A stretch of 64,000 nt of DNA from Amoebophrya sp. A120 (taxonomy: Eukaryota; Protista; Dinoflagellata): the NCBI GenBank assembly GCA_905178155.1, contig CAJINV010000013.1, forward strand, positions 548,344 to 612,343. Direction: 5' to 3'. Shown in pieces: positions 11,857 through 22,168 of this stretch (its first letter is position 1; each line of letters opens with the position of its first letter). A model generated the notes under the pieces. That model ran no database searches and was not told where the DNA came from. It saw nothing but the letters and a program-made list of their open reading frames with translations. The position numbers were made by a program, and so were the translations under genes.

Positions 11857-14800
11857 ATGGTGTGGCCCTTCACGTCAACGGCACTCCTGCCTGCTGGGTT
11901 AATCTTGCGTGGCGGATGTATTAGCAGTCCAGTTTTGCACGTGGTGCTCGCAGTGCAGCAGCGGCCAGCGGCCACTCCGTCTACCGCACCACCGGAGGGA
12001 GACACAGTCTCATCAAGGACGGAACACGTTGCAGTCCCTCTGGAGCCGGGCGGGCAAATCGGGGAAGAAGAAGAATTTCCACACAAGGTACTAGAGGTGG
12101 ATGACGAGGCAGCGTCACCGTCTAGAAACACCATCACGTCCTGGGGCGCAGCAGAGTTTTCCTATTTCGGCGGAACGGCCGATCGGTACAGCGAGAGCCG
12201 AAATTATGAGCTGAGTAACGCACAAGTGTACCGGAGAGAAAGATCGAAAAAGTACTCATCGCTTCGTCTACCCGCACTGAACAGGCCGGCGGATCATTCT
12301 GTGAGGCAGGAAAGAGCACATCAAGGCGCTGGACGAACAAATGGAAAGCAGCACCATTATCGTCCACGGGCCGCGCAAGAGGACGTGAAGATGAGACCAC
12401 ACAGAGGTAGTACTAGGGCGGCAACAAGACCTTCTACTCAGCACGTCAGGACTGCGAGAAAACGGGAAATTGGTGAAACTCGAACGGCGGGGGCTGCATC
12501 CTCTTCGGCCGATGCGCTTCTAGAACTTAACGCAGGCGCGACGGGCGGATTCGAAATAGATGAAGCAGCTCTCGACCACGTCGATGAACAACAAATGGCC
12601 AACGACGTGGAAATTATCCTTGAAAGGGAACTTGCAAGAACCGGACCTGTCCCGAAACCCTACAGCAAGCGCCGGCTCGCCGCCGCCCTGGTACAGAAAT
12701 CGATGGAGGAGGCGGACGCGAGGGCTTGGTTCGCGACCTGGCACTACACAGTAAAGTTCGACCGACCGAATGTGGATCACGGCGGCGGCTTATGATACTG
12801 AAAAGTGGTGCATCTTACAAGTTGAGCCATCAGAGCACTTCGTAGAATTTGTGTTGCAAAGCTTCCCTCCGGACACGTTCGCCATCACCTTGCATGTGCC
12901 CGATGAAAGTAAACAATTCTTGAATTTGCGTCGCAAAAAGGTCGAGCAAAAGGGGGGCTTGTTCTCATGTCCGGTGAAGCGCTTTTCGTGGTCAGAGTCC
13001 GGGTGGAGAGTTGGAAGAGAGTTGGAAGCCTCGCAGTTCTTTCATTGAAAGACCTGCGAGAGGAAGCTTTTTCTCTCAATTTGAATCAAATTGAAAGAAA
13101 AGCTTGCTTTATTCTATATGATGAAACCACCAAAAAAAAGTTTGCATGAGAAATATTCACCACTTCTGGTAATGGTGCACTTGTTTTCAATTTCAAACGG
13201 CGTGCGGCACGTCGCCAAGCTGTTGCGCGACGCGGAATTCGTCCGTGAATTGAATGAGTTTCTGCAGCACGGTGGTACCCAGCTCCAGAAAAACACGCTG
13301 CAGTATCCTGTCGTGTGAAAACGTACCCTCCTGAAAGTCGAGATGTGAAGACTTCTGCTTATTGCACAAGTGAAGAAGGTCTTTTGGCGGTTGTCTATGC
13401 CGCAATGTCGTTCTGGCAAGCTAGAACACCAGCCACGTCTTCTTGAACAATCCACCTTGTAAACCTGGTTTGAGCATGGGAAACGAAACTTGCAGAGAAC
13501 CTGTGGTCATTGTTCGGGAGATGCAAGAACATCAGAGATATCATAAGTAGCTAAACGTAGACTTCCATCCACATGTGTGGAATCTGGTTTGGGTATGTTT
13601 TCGTTATGGATGTGCAGCCAACGATAATCGAGACGGAGGCGATCGAAAAGGAAGAGAGGTGCGAGAAGGATATCAAAGCGGAGGCCGCGAAAGCATACGA
13701 CTTCGCACAACTCGACCCGCTGCCACTTGGACTACAGCAGGCGGTGATTGTCATGTGCGGTTTGACCATGCTGATGGTGCTTTTCGTCTTGATCACCTCC
13801 GATCTGCCCCCCGTGGCCCCCGTTCCGCCGGAGCTGGAGCGAACCTTCGACGCCGCGCTGGCGGAGCAGAAGGCGGCGCTGGTTGGGGAAGCAAAGGCCG
13901 ACGCGAAGGTGTAACCAGTGGAAAAACGACGTCCCCTTTGACAAACACGTCCCCTTTGACCCACAGTCAGGGTGGCAGATTTGCTACACAAGCCCAGAAG
14001 TGTTGGCTGTTCATCCGCATGACTGCAGCTTTGGGCCTCCAGTGCAGGCGTGGTTGAGTAGCTTGCGCAGTCGCGTTGCAACGGGAGTTCCTTATCGTGA
14101 TTCGAGCATGTTGACAAATTCCCGGATAACTACCTTAAAAAATGCTGCTCATCATAAAGCTCCTGCAAACGAGACACAATGTGATGGACATCGACATCCC
14201 GACTCTTGCATGATCGAAAGAAATTTGGGGTGGGGACGAGGTTTTTCCGCAGGAAAAGGCGAAGGCGATCGCCATCAAGAAGGGCGCGATGATCGACTTG
14301 ACCAAAGTGCCAAAGGCGAAAGCCCGGGCCGAAGGCGAGGCGGTGGCGGAAGCGCCGGTGCCCCGCGAGCTCGCGGACGTGGGGAAGAGGCAGCAAGCGC
14401 AGATCGGCCCCGGCGGGTCGTCCATGTTCGGCGGCGTCCAGTCCTCTGCGGGGGCCTCCAGCGCGTTTGGCGCCGGTGGCTCGATGGCGTCATCCTCAGC
14501 GATGGGATCGTCGGCCATGGCAGGGTCGTCCGCCCTCGGTGGCAGCGCGGGTTTTGGCGCCGGATCGAAGTCTATCAGAGTGCACAACTTCTACCCGTCC
14601 TCCCTCCGTTTGGCAGGAACAGCAAAAATACAAGCGTCGGAAAGTGAGTGCAGGTTTTGTATGTAGTGAGGTCACGAACGTTCTAATCTAGCGATCTTTT
14701 TGACAGCTCTCATGCAAAACGATTGGAAGTTTCCAAGCGGCCGGAGGTGTTTTTGAACATAAAAGATTTTCAATTATCAAGGAGCGGGAATTCTGATCAC

Positions 14801-17800
14801 GGGCAAGGAGTTACGACGACAGCTAATCGGGAAACAGACGCCGCAGAACATCGTCAAAACACGGGAGCGGATGATCTTCATCTACATGAAGGAGATAATT
14901 ATGGGAGCTGTATATGCCCCGCAGAGCGGACTCAAGAAAACAGAGCATGCGGCGTTTGATGCAAATTTCTCCGAGCTGTTCTTGGAAAGCAAGAAAATAA
15001 AGGCGGAGAAGTGGAAGCTTCGAATAATTGCGGGCGATTGGAATGCGCAAATCGCGAAGGGGGAGAGCGAAGTGATACACGGGGGGAACGGAGTAGGCCA
15101 ATCCTCCAGAAGAGGTAAGCAGCTCGCAGAAAAACTCGAAGGACTCAACGCAGTGCTGCCCGGAACCTGGTTCCCGACCACGGCCGGCAATTACTTCACC
15201 TACCGAGACAGGACCGAAATTGACCACTTCGTGACCAGCGGGACGCAGCTTGAGAAATTTCGAAAATACACACGGTTCAACTTAAACGCGACAAATCAGG
15301 ACGGGTCGAAAATGTGCAGAGAAAGTTTTGCGCACAAGTGCATTGAAGCGGTATGCGATGTGAAAACCAAGAGACGCCTGCGAGAGGAAGGGATTGCGCG
15401 CCGATTGGAGGCTTATGGTGTGTTGGAAAAAATACCGAATGGAACGAAGAAGCACATCAATGAAGTGTTTCGCGCACGGGTCAAAAATCGCAACTACAAG
15501 ATGTCGCTGGAGGACGTGCAGGATTTTCTATTATATGCCGCGCCACTAGTCATGGGAAAAACCGCCCGGCGCCTCCCGTTCATGGAGCAGGACCAGCTCC
15601 TTGAATCGTCGAAGTGCAAATATCGAATGTGGGCCAATTTTAGAGAACAAAAACTCACGAAGACGGAGAAAGCGGTAGGAATAACCCCGGAACAAGCAAG
15701 ACAGAAGTATTTCGAGGTAGGAAATAGCCCGCTTTTTCCAGAACGAAAAACGCTTCCGATCGAGAAACGGATTGCAGAACTAGTTCCGCAGCTTTCTGAA
15801 GAAGATTTGGAAGAAATCGACAGGCCGATTGACACCGAGGAACTAGAGACCACCATCAAGCACATGGCGAAGGGCGGCAAGGCGAAGGACTTCTTTGGGT
15901 TGTCGCCGGGAATATTTCGCCACCTGGACTGCGAATCCACCGCGATGCTGACCGACGTGATCAACGAAGAAGTAGCGGGTAGAAAAATGACGGAGATAAG
16001 TGAACGACTACACTACTGCAGAGACTTGCCGCTTTGGAAAGGACGGGGCGAGAAGACGGACCCGGACGCATATCGTTTTTTAGTGATATCCCCGACTTTG
16101 TACAAAATGATAACACGGATATACTCGTGCAGGCTATGCGGAGTTTTAGAAAAATCCGGCCACTTCCCGTCAGAACAATTCGGGTTTAGGACCAAGAGAG
16201 GCTGCCTCGATTCATTGTTCGTCTGGGCGCGAATCAAGGAGGACATGGCGCACTACCAGCACCTCCCGCAGTTTAATCAACTAGCGACGCAGCTCATAGA
16301 TTTGAGAAAAGCATTCCCTAGTCTCGACGCACGATTAACGACAGCAGTGGCCCGCTCCCTCGGACTAGAAGGGAGCAAAGGATGGGAAGTCATAATGGCG
16401 AGCCACAGAGCGGCAGTCCATCAATTCGCTGACGGAAAGAAATTCAGTTTGGAACACGGATGCAAAGAGGGATGTGTGAGCAGTCCGCTTCTCTTTATCC
16501 TCACGTACAGCGGGGTGCTCTTAGTAGTACAGGACGAAATGAAGAAACTTCCGAAGACAGAACAAGGGCTGCACTTGTATGCGAAGCAGAACGCGTGGCA
16601 CTGGGAGCGATATGATAAAATCTACGACTCAATCTATGGCGGCAGTACGGTGACGGATGTGCTGCCGTGCGGGCTACAAGGCGCGCCCCTCGCTGAGCTA
16701 AAAAGCGAACCGGAGACCTGGTTTCGGATGGTGCTAGGCCGCCTGTTGTTTGCAGATGATACGACGCTTCTTTCGCAGCTTCCCCCAGAGAAGGTGAAAG
16801 AAATGGAGGACGAGAACAAAAAACGGAAAAAGGAGAAGAAGGACCCGGTCGGAACCCAGGTAATGGAAGTCCTGTCCAGGGTGTTGACGGAATGCGGAAT
16901 GCGGGAGAACACGTCCAAACGAGTAATCGGCGAAATCACAACCATCACAACCAAAAACCTAGGAGTGCAGACGAAAGACGAGGACGACGTGCGAACGAAG
17001 GTCGCCAAGTCGTGGAAGGCCTTCCATGGACTGAAGTCGATGGTCTCAGGGCTCTCAGGCCTGTCCCAGCAAAGGAAGGGAGAACTCCTGATGACGATGG
17101 TGAGAACAATCATGCTGTACGGATTGCAATCGCGATCAGTATCGGCCGGGGAGATCAAGCTAATGCAGAAAGCGGAGAACAAGATGATCAAGATTTTTCT
17201 GGGTATCCCCTTCTGGCAACGAGAAGCCGAGTTCTCCAGCTCGCGGAGCTTGCGGCGACGGATGAAAATGCCTCCAATTAGGACACAGCTACGGTTCTTG
17301 CAAGTGAAGGCGGTCGGGCACATAATGCGGAGGCCTCCCGGAGATTTAGTGCGGCTGGCGCTAATAGGAAAATTCTCTCCGTTGGCGTGCAAGGTCAATA
17401 CCCCGGAAAACGGACCAACGAATGCAACGGACTGGTTGAGGACAGTGGCCGACGTCAAGCAAGTAGACCCAAAAAAGAGAAAAGTATCCGACCACTTCGC
17501 AGAAGTACTAACATACCTCCGCGATAGCTGCAACCTGCCAACGCCGGTGCTGCAGCTGCTATGGGAAGACGCTGAAACCACCAACGCAAAGCGACCGAAG
17601 CTGAACGGGGACACAGTTTACGCGCTAAACAAACGACTCTACTATTGCTTTACCCGCTGGGCTTTCATTCGAGAAACGGTTGAGGACTGGGCCGATGGCG
17701 ATCCAGACATGGAGCAAATATGTGAAGAAGAACTAGCCGTAAAATATTTCAGTGCGGATCGAAAAAGCGCAAAAACTTCCGCTGAAGTGCTGCGGGAATG

Positions 17801-20800
17801 TGTGGCGAAAGGGTTGGGAGCGGAAGAAACAGCGCGACAGATAGCAGCAATCGTCACTCCGGACGGGGCGCCGCAGCAAGTTTTTAAAGCGAAAAAAGGG
17901 AAATGCCCGTGGTGCAGCGACGAGATCCTAACGAAGGAAGAACTGGAGCAGTATCGGCGAGAATTTGGAAGTGACCCAGCGATGGGGTTGCCAAGCTGGT
18001 TAGCGGCGCACGTCCACCTCTGTCACCCGACAACAGGCCCGCGAAATTCAGAAGCAGATCACGAGCGCAGGGACATCATAACGAAAATGAACAAGGAAAA
18101 AGATCTGAAAATAAGCGACAAAATCAGGAGTGACATCCTCGAGCGCAACAGCGACATACTGCGGCCAAAGTTGAGAGGCAAGGACAAGGAGAAGAAGATC
18201 TTCTGCAAGGCGTGCGACCTGATGTTTGAATCCAAAGCAGGGCCGATGGAGTTGCATGCACGAGACCACCGAGAAGACAACTTCATCAAAATAGGCATCA
18301 AAACCAGTGGCGACAAAAGGCCAAAGGGTTCGAATCTGCCTCCAAATGTATGCAGGCCAGAGTACCACGCGTGGTGCAATACACAGTGTAAATATTTTTG
18401 TGGTGCAGATGCAGCCGCATGGAGAACGCAAATCCCGGCTAGTAGTCTTTTCGTGAGTAGATCAGGAGAGGAGTTTATTCGGTGTAGACATTGTAAGCAG
18501 CACAAATACCGACTTCAACATGACGGCAACTGTGTACAAGTTCCTGTGACCAGCAAGCAACTACATCAACTCGGGTGGATAGTCGGAGCGATGAGAAAAC
18601 ACGAAGAGCGGTGCAAGGAGAAGAAGAATAAAAAACGTCCGGAAGAAAGCGAGGAGGAGGTCCTGGAAGGCGTCAATGATGAAGCAGCACTAGTGGCTGC
18701 AGTCCCGAACAACTAGACCCGTTTTCTTTCAAACCCTTTACTGGGTAACATCATCATCATCATCAAGCGGCCGGGGCGTTTGCGGCAAAAAAGCCCGAGC
18801 GGATTCTATCGATTCCCGCTTGATAAAACGACGCAGGGGAGCCGGTAAAAGGGGCGCCCTTCTGAGGCGCCCACCGCCTTAGTTTCTGGCGATTTGCGGC
18901 GCCCAAAAATGGGCGCCCAAAAAGCAGCGCTCCGAAAAAAACAGCGAATCCGAATGGTATGGGCCCCATTTTGCCCCACATTCGGGCCCCGCAAAAGACG
19001 CCTTCAAAATCCGCCATTTCAGAGGCGGACTGAAGGCCAGAAGATGCGCCACTTTGACAAAAAAAATAAACAAAAAAAACAAAGTCCGCCAAAAGCAAAA
19101 AGCCAATCCGCATGCTATGGGCCCGATTTGAGGCTTCCAAGGGGCCGACCCTGGCGCGGGCCCTGGCGGGGCCATAGCATGCGGGGAAGGTTTTTCGATT
19201 CGAAACCAAATGGAGGCCGCCTCTGGATTAAGATTTTTAGCGACCGCCGTGCCGTCGCGCATAACATGACTCACGATGGCATGGGGGGCAGAGAAGTTGC
19301 GTCCTTTTTTGGCGTGAAGACAAAAAGACCGCCATGACCTCACTACCTCCGCGGGCGCGGCTATTATTGGTAAGACAATTTTACAGAGGATTAAAAGTTG
19401 TACTGCCATTTATTTCGCTCCCTCTTCCAGAACTTGACGTCATGCAAAAAGTGCCGAGAGGGAGAGCTAGAGCACCCCCCCGGGCAGCTCGGTAGCGCAG
19501 TCTGTTAAGCATGACAAATCACGGGGAGGGGAGGGAAGAAGATGTACACTCACTACATAAAGTCCGGTGCGTTCGGTGCCGGCTCCGCTGCTTTCGGCGC
19601 AGGGTCCAAATCCGGAGCATTTGAAGGTGGCGGCTCCTCGGCTTTTGGCGGCGGCAGTGCCTCGTTCGGGGCCGGTTCAAAATCGGGCGCGTTTGGCGGT
19701 GGGTCTTCGGCCATGGGCGGCGGCAGTGCGTCTTTCGGGGCCGGTTCAAAGTCGAGCGCGTTTGGCGGCGGGTCTTCTGCGATGGGCGGCGGCAGTGCCT
19801 CGTTCGGCGCCGGCAGTGCATCCTTTGGGGCTGGCTCGATGGCAGCTGCAAAGTCCGGCTTTGGCGGCGGCTCTGCATCGTTCGGAGGCGGTTCCGCAGC
19901 GATGGGAGGCGGCTCTGCATCGTTTGGAGGCGGTTCAGCAGTGATGGGCAAGTCGGCTGCACCTGGGGGCGGGTCCGCGGCTTTCGGCGGTACAATTTCC
20001 GTATGTACTAGACGTAGCACACAACTAGACGAGTAGGTTCCGCAATCACAAATCTAAGATCCAAAGGAACACTAATGCTTGTCTGTAGCTGTACTACTCG
20101 CAGATGAGGGACACGAGGATTGAGTGCCCGGATCATTAGGATGTGATAACGTCGCGTCACAACCATGTTATTTTGCCGTCTTCAAAGAAAAAGATGCCAC
20201 GTAGTACGACATGCTTCATCTTCTTGAAAAAAACACCTCGAATGTTCTATTCTTTCCAGGTGGCTCCATCGCTGCCGGATCAATCGGGATGGGAGCAAAG
20301 TCTGGCGCCCTTGGCGGTGGCTCGATGGCTGGGGGCTCGATGGCGATGGGTGGTGGCTCTGCAGCGCTCGGCGGCGGCTCCATGGCAGCCGGAAGCATGG
20401 CCCTGGGCGCAAAGTCCGGCGCACTCGGTGGCGGCTCAATGGCGATCGGCGGTGGATCGATTTCTATGTCACCTGGAGGTAAATCTGGAGCACTCGGTGG
20501 CGGGTCGATGGCGATTGGCGGTGGATCGATGTCACCTGGAGGCAAATCTGGAGCACTCGGCGGCGGGTCGATGGCGATCGGCGGCGGCTCAATGGCGATC
20601 GGCGCTGGATCGATGTCACCCGGAGGTAAGTCTGGCGCACTCGGCGGGTCTATGCAGATTGGCGGCGGTTCCATGGCCATTGGTGGTTCTATGGCCGGCG
20701 CGAAGTCAGGCGCACTCGGTGGCGGCTCAATGGCGATGGGCGGCGGTTCAATGGCCATCGGCGGCGGTTCGATGTCACCTGGAGGCAAGTCCGGGGCACT

Positions 20801-21310
20801 GGGTGGTGGCTCCATGGCCATGGGAAGCTCCATGTCACCGCTTGCGAAGGCGTCCGGGGCACTGGGTGGTGGCTCCATGGCCATGGGAAGCTCCATGGCA
20901 CCGTCCGCCAAAGCGTCAGGCGCGCTCGGCGGCTCGATGGCAATGGGTGGTGGAGGCAGCATGGCGATGGGCGCGGGCAGTTTGGCGATGGGCGGAAAAT
21001 CCGGCGCACTCGGTGGGTCGATGGCGATGGGTGGCAGCATGGCGATAGGTACTGATGAGACCACATACACATTTTACTGTAAGTATTGCGTGCTCCTACT
21101 CCTTATTGAACACAACTCGAATTTCTACAACAACAACCCGTGATATTTTTGCGCATGACACATCATTGTGCTTTGACAAATTACTTAAAATAGCAGGCTG
21201 CTAAGTATGAAAAATTACGATAGCAGTATAAAACTAAACCAACGCTTGATCCAGGTGGTGGAAGCATGTCGATCGACTCCAAAGCCAAACCGAAGCAGCC
21301 ACCAAAATAG
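11857..21310 (+). CDS. Paralog 2 of the Gly-rich membrane protein; exons about 11857-12789, 13202-13303, 13618-13908, 14259-14572, 19565-19989, 20260-21048, 21255-21310
   Basis: Shares AWFATWHYTVKFDRPNxDHxGG, QPxIIExEAIE, the TM ending LITSDLPP, IDLxKVP and terminal exon GGGSMxIDxKAK with paralog 1; frames join across every intron, including the 5-kb one. Confidence 0.8.
12790..13197. mobile_element. Introner of a different class (408 bp, TT..AA ends, 4-bp repeat cggc)
   Basis: Imperfect TIR ttatgatactgaaaagtggtgca / tgcacttgttttcaatttcaaa; excision gives DHGGG-VRHVAKLLRD, colinear with paralog DHAGGVLFVAGLLRD. Confidence 0.75.
13304..13612. mobile_element. Degenerate family B introner, TSD tgcag
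   Basis: tatcc..aaaacgtaccc / gggtatgtttt..ggatg; excision gives TLQ-PTIIE. Confidence 0.8.
13912..14256. mobile_element. Degenerate family B introner, TSD aggtg/aggcg (readable as GT-AG intron 13909-14258)
   Basis: taaccagtggaaaaacgacgtcccc / ggggacgaggtttttccgcaggaaa; internal tandem duplication acgtcccctttgac. Confidence 0.75.
14745..18763 (+). mobile_element. 5'-truncated non-LTR retrotransposon (RTE-like LINE)
   Basis: 11-bp TSD caagcggccgg (14734-14744, 18764-18774); (CAT)5 3' tail 18749-18763; very short 3' UTR; APE+RT ORF. Confidence 0.92.
14871..18716 (+). CDS. APE endonuclease (N-truncated) / reverse transcriptase with C-terminal Cys/His motifs
   Basis: VYAP, GDWNA, IDHF (APE); QFGFR, DLRKAF, GCKEGCVSSPLLF, LFADDT (RT); LYG and GHIMRR (RTE-like); CPWC..H..CH, CKAC..H...H, CRHC..H...C. 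Frame stays open upstream to about 14763 (GAGILI). Confidence 0.92.
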   Translation: MIFIYMKEIIMGAVYAPQSGLKKTEHAAFDANFSELFLESKKIKAEKWKLRIIAGDWNAQIAKGESEVIHGGNGVGQSSRRGKQLAEKLEGLNAVLPGTWFPTTAGNYFTYRDRTEIDHFVTSGTQLEKFRKYTRFNLNATNQDGSKMCRESFAHKCIEAVCDVKTKRRLREEGIARRLEAYGVLEKIPNGTKKHINEVFRARVKNRNYKMSLEDVQDFLLYAAPLVMGKTARRLPFMEQDQLLESSKCKYRMWANFREQKLTKTEKAVGITPEQARQKYFEVGNSPLFPERKTLPIEKRIAELVPQLSEEDLEEIDRPIDTEELETTIKHMAKGGKAKDFFGLSPGIFRHLDCESTAMLTDVINEEVAGRKMTEISERLHYCRDLPLWKGRGEKTDPDAYRFLVISPTLYKMITRIYSCRLCGVLEKSGHFPSEQFGFRTKRGCLDSLFVWARIKEDMAHYQHLPQFNQLATQLIDLRKAFPSLDARLTTAVARSLGLEGSKGWEVIMASHRAAVHQFADGKKFSLEHGCKEGCVSSPLLFILTYSGVLLVVQDEMKKLPKTEQGLHLYAKQNAWHWERYDKIYDSIYGGSTVTDVLPCGLQGAPLAELKSEPETWFRMVLGRLLFADDTTLLSQLPPEKVKEMEDENKKRKKEKKDPVGTQVMEVLSRVLTECGMRENTSKRVIGEITTITTKNLGVQTKDEDDVRTKVAKSWKAFHGLKSMVSGLSGLSQQRKGELLMTMVRTIMLYGLQSRSVSAGEIKLMQKAENKMIKIFLGIPFWQREAEFSSSRSLRRRMKMPPIRTQLRFLQVKAVGHIMRRPPGDLVRLALIGKFSPLACKVNTPENGPTNATDWLRTVADVKQVDPKKRKVSDHFAEVLTYLRDSCNLPTPVLQLLWEDAETTNAKRPKLNGDTVYALNKRLYYCFTRWAFIRETVEDWADGDPDMEQICEEELAVKYFSADRKSAKTSAEVLRECVAKGLGAEETARQIAAIVTPDGAPQQVFKAKKGKCPWCSDEILTKEELEQYRREFGSDPAMGLPSWLAAHVHLCHPTTGPRNSEADHERRDIITKMNKEKDLKISDKIRSDILERNSDILRPKLRGKDKEKKIFCKACDLMFESKAGPMELHARDHREDNFIKIGIKTSGDKRPKGSNLPPNVCRPEYHAWCNTQCKYFCGADAAAWRTQIPASSLFVSRSGEEFIRCRHCKQHKYRLQHDGNCVQVPVTSKQLHQLGWIVGAMRKHEERCKEKKNKKRPEESEEEVLEGVNDEAALVAAVPNN
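19565..21050 (+). repeat. Coding Gly-rich repeats (GAGSKSGAF, GGGSMAI, SPGGKSGAL)
   Basis: Translation of the paralog 2 distal exons. Confidence 0.9.
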
Positions 21311-22168
21311 CGCCGTGCGTGGAAAATACTGGACAGAAGTGCGCATGTTTATTGATGGCGCTTGTAAAATTACAAAATGAAAATCCGATTCCAACTCTCA
21401 ACTGTGGAAGTGAAATACCTCCGTGCTTCACAATCACCGAGAAAAACCAAATTTGCTGTCCTCGTTGTTACTTGAGGACGGGAATGGACCTCCGCAATAT
21501 TGAGCGTTTGTGGCTCTCATGCTCAAGTTGTGTTGACCGGCATGAACTACGCCGTTCTCCTCCAATCAAGCATCATACGATGCATCCCTACGGATGTTCG
21601 TGAAAATTACCTCATCCTCGTTCAGATTCGTTTCTGTCGTCCATAAACGCCTCATCCTCGTCTCAGGTGCCGTCAAAGGTGCGAAGTCGTCCTCGTCGAG
21701 CCTCGTTTTTCGTTCCCTGAAATCACACAGCAGTGTCTGGTCGGTTTGTGCTCGTCACCGCAGGAGCTGCTCTTCGTGCGACATCCTGACACAAGAATTT
21801 CTGTATCTGTTTCTGTATCATTGTCGTGGTCTGTCGTCCTTTTGCGCAAGTAGACGGGGTTCAGACCTAGTTCGTTGTATTTCTTTGCGATATTTTGCAA
21901 TCGGCTTGTGCTCATCTGGAGCTTTTCCTTCGTGTCAGGTCCTCACCAACAAGTGCAAGAAGTGGAGGAGCAGTTGTTCGGATTTACTTTTCATCACGCT
22001 GTATTTGTTGCAAGTAAACCGGACGAAAAAAAGCCACTACCAAGGAAAATTATTTCGACCGCGGTGGTCTTCTCTTATTTATAATTATATCTGATTTACA
22101 ACACCCACTTTTATTTTGGAAGTCGTGGCGAAGAAGATGTACATGTAGCTGCTTTTCTTTTCGAAGCC

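Larger units (their letters stand above)
14720..19439. mobile_element. Unclassified roughly 690-bp element (14720-14744 plus 18775-19439) split by the LINE
   Basis: Bounded by 10-bp direct repeat tcatgcaaaa (14710-14719, 19440-19449); removal leaves a 257-bp introner; contains a 13-bp perfect stem at 19108-19120/19172-19184. Confidence 0.55.
14573..19559. mobile_element. Giant (4987 bp) family E introner containing nested elements, TSD aagtc
   Basis: aagtc|TATcagagtgcacaacttctacccgtcctccc ... gggagggaagaagatgtacactcactacATA|aagtc; termini resemble the 280-bp copy at 44251; excision gives GSKS-GAFGAG. Confidence 0.88.

Noticed and set aside
14573-19559. Autonomous RT-encoding master introner or group II intron
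   Set aside because: The RT unit has its own TSD and tail, is 5'-truncated and is APE-LINE type. It is a passenger, and I saw no group II domain V.
8711-21070. Pro-rich minus-strand ORFs (PPPIAE repeats) and alternative-frame W/R-rich ORFs
   Set aside because: Shadows of the + strand Gly-rich exons; splice sites and paralogy support the + frame.
21319-22094. Short ORFs and repeated cctcatcctcgt
   Set aside because: No recognisable protein or element ends; possibly decayed sequence but not supportable.
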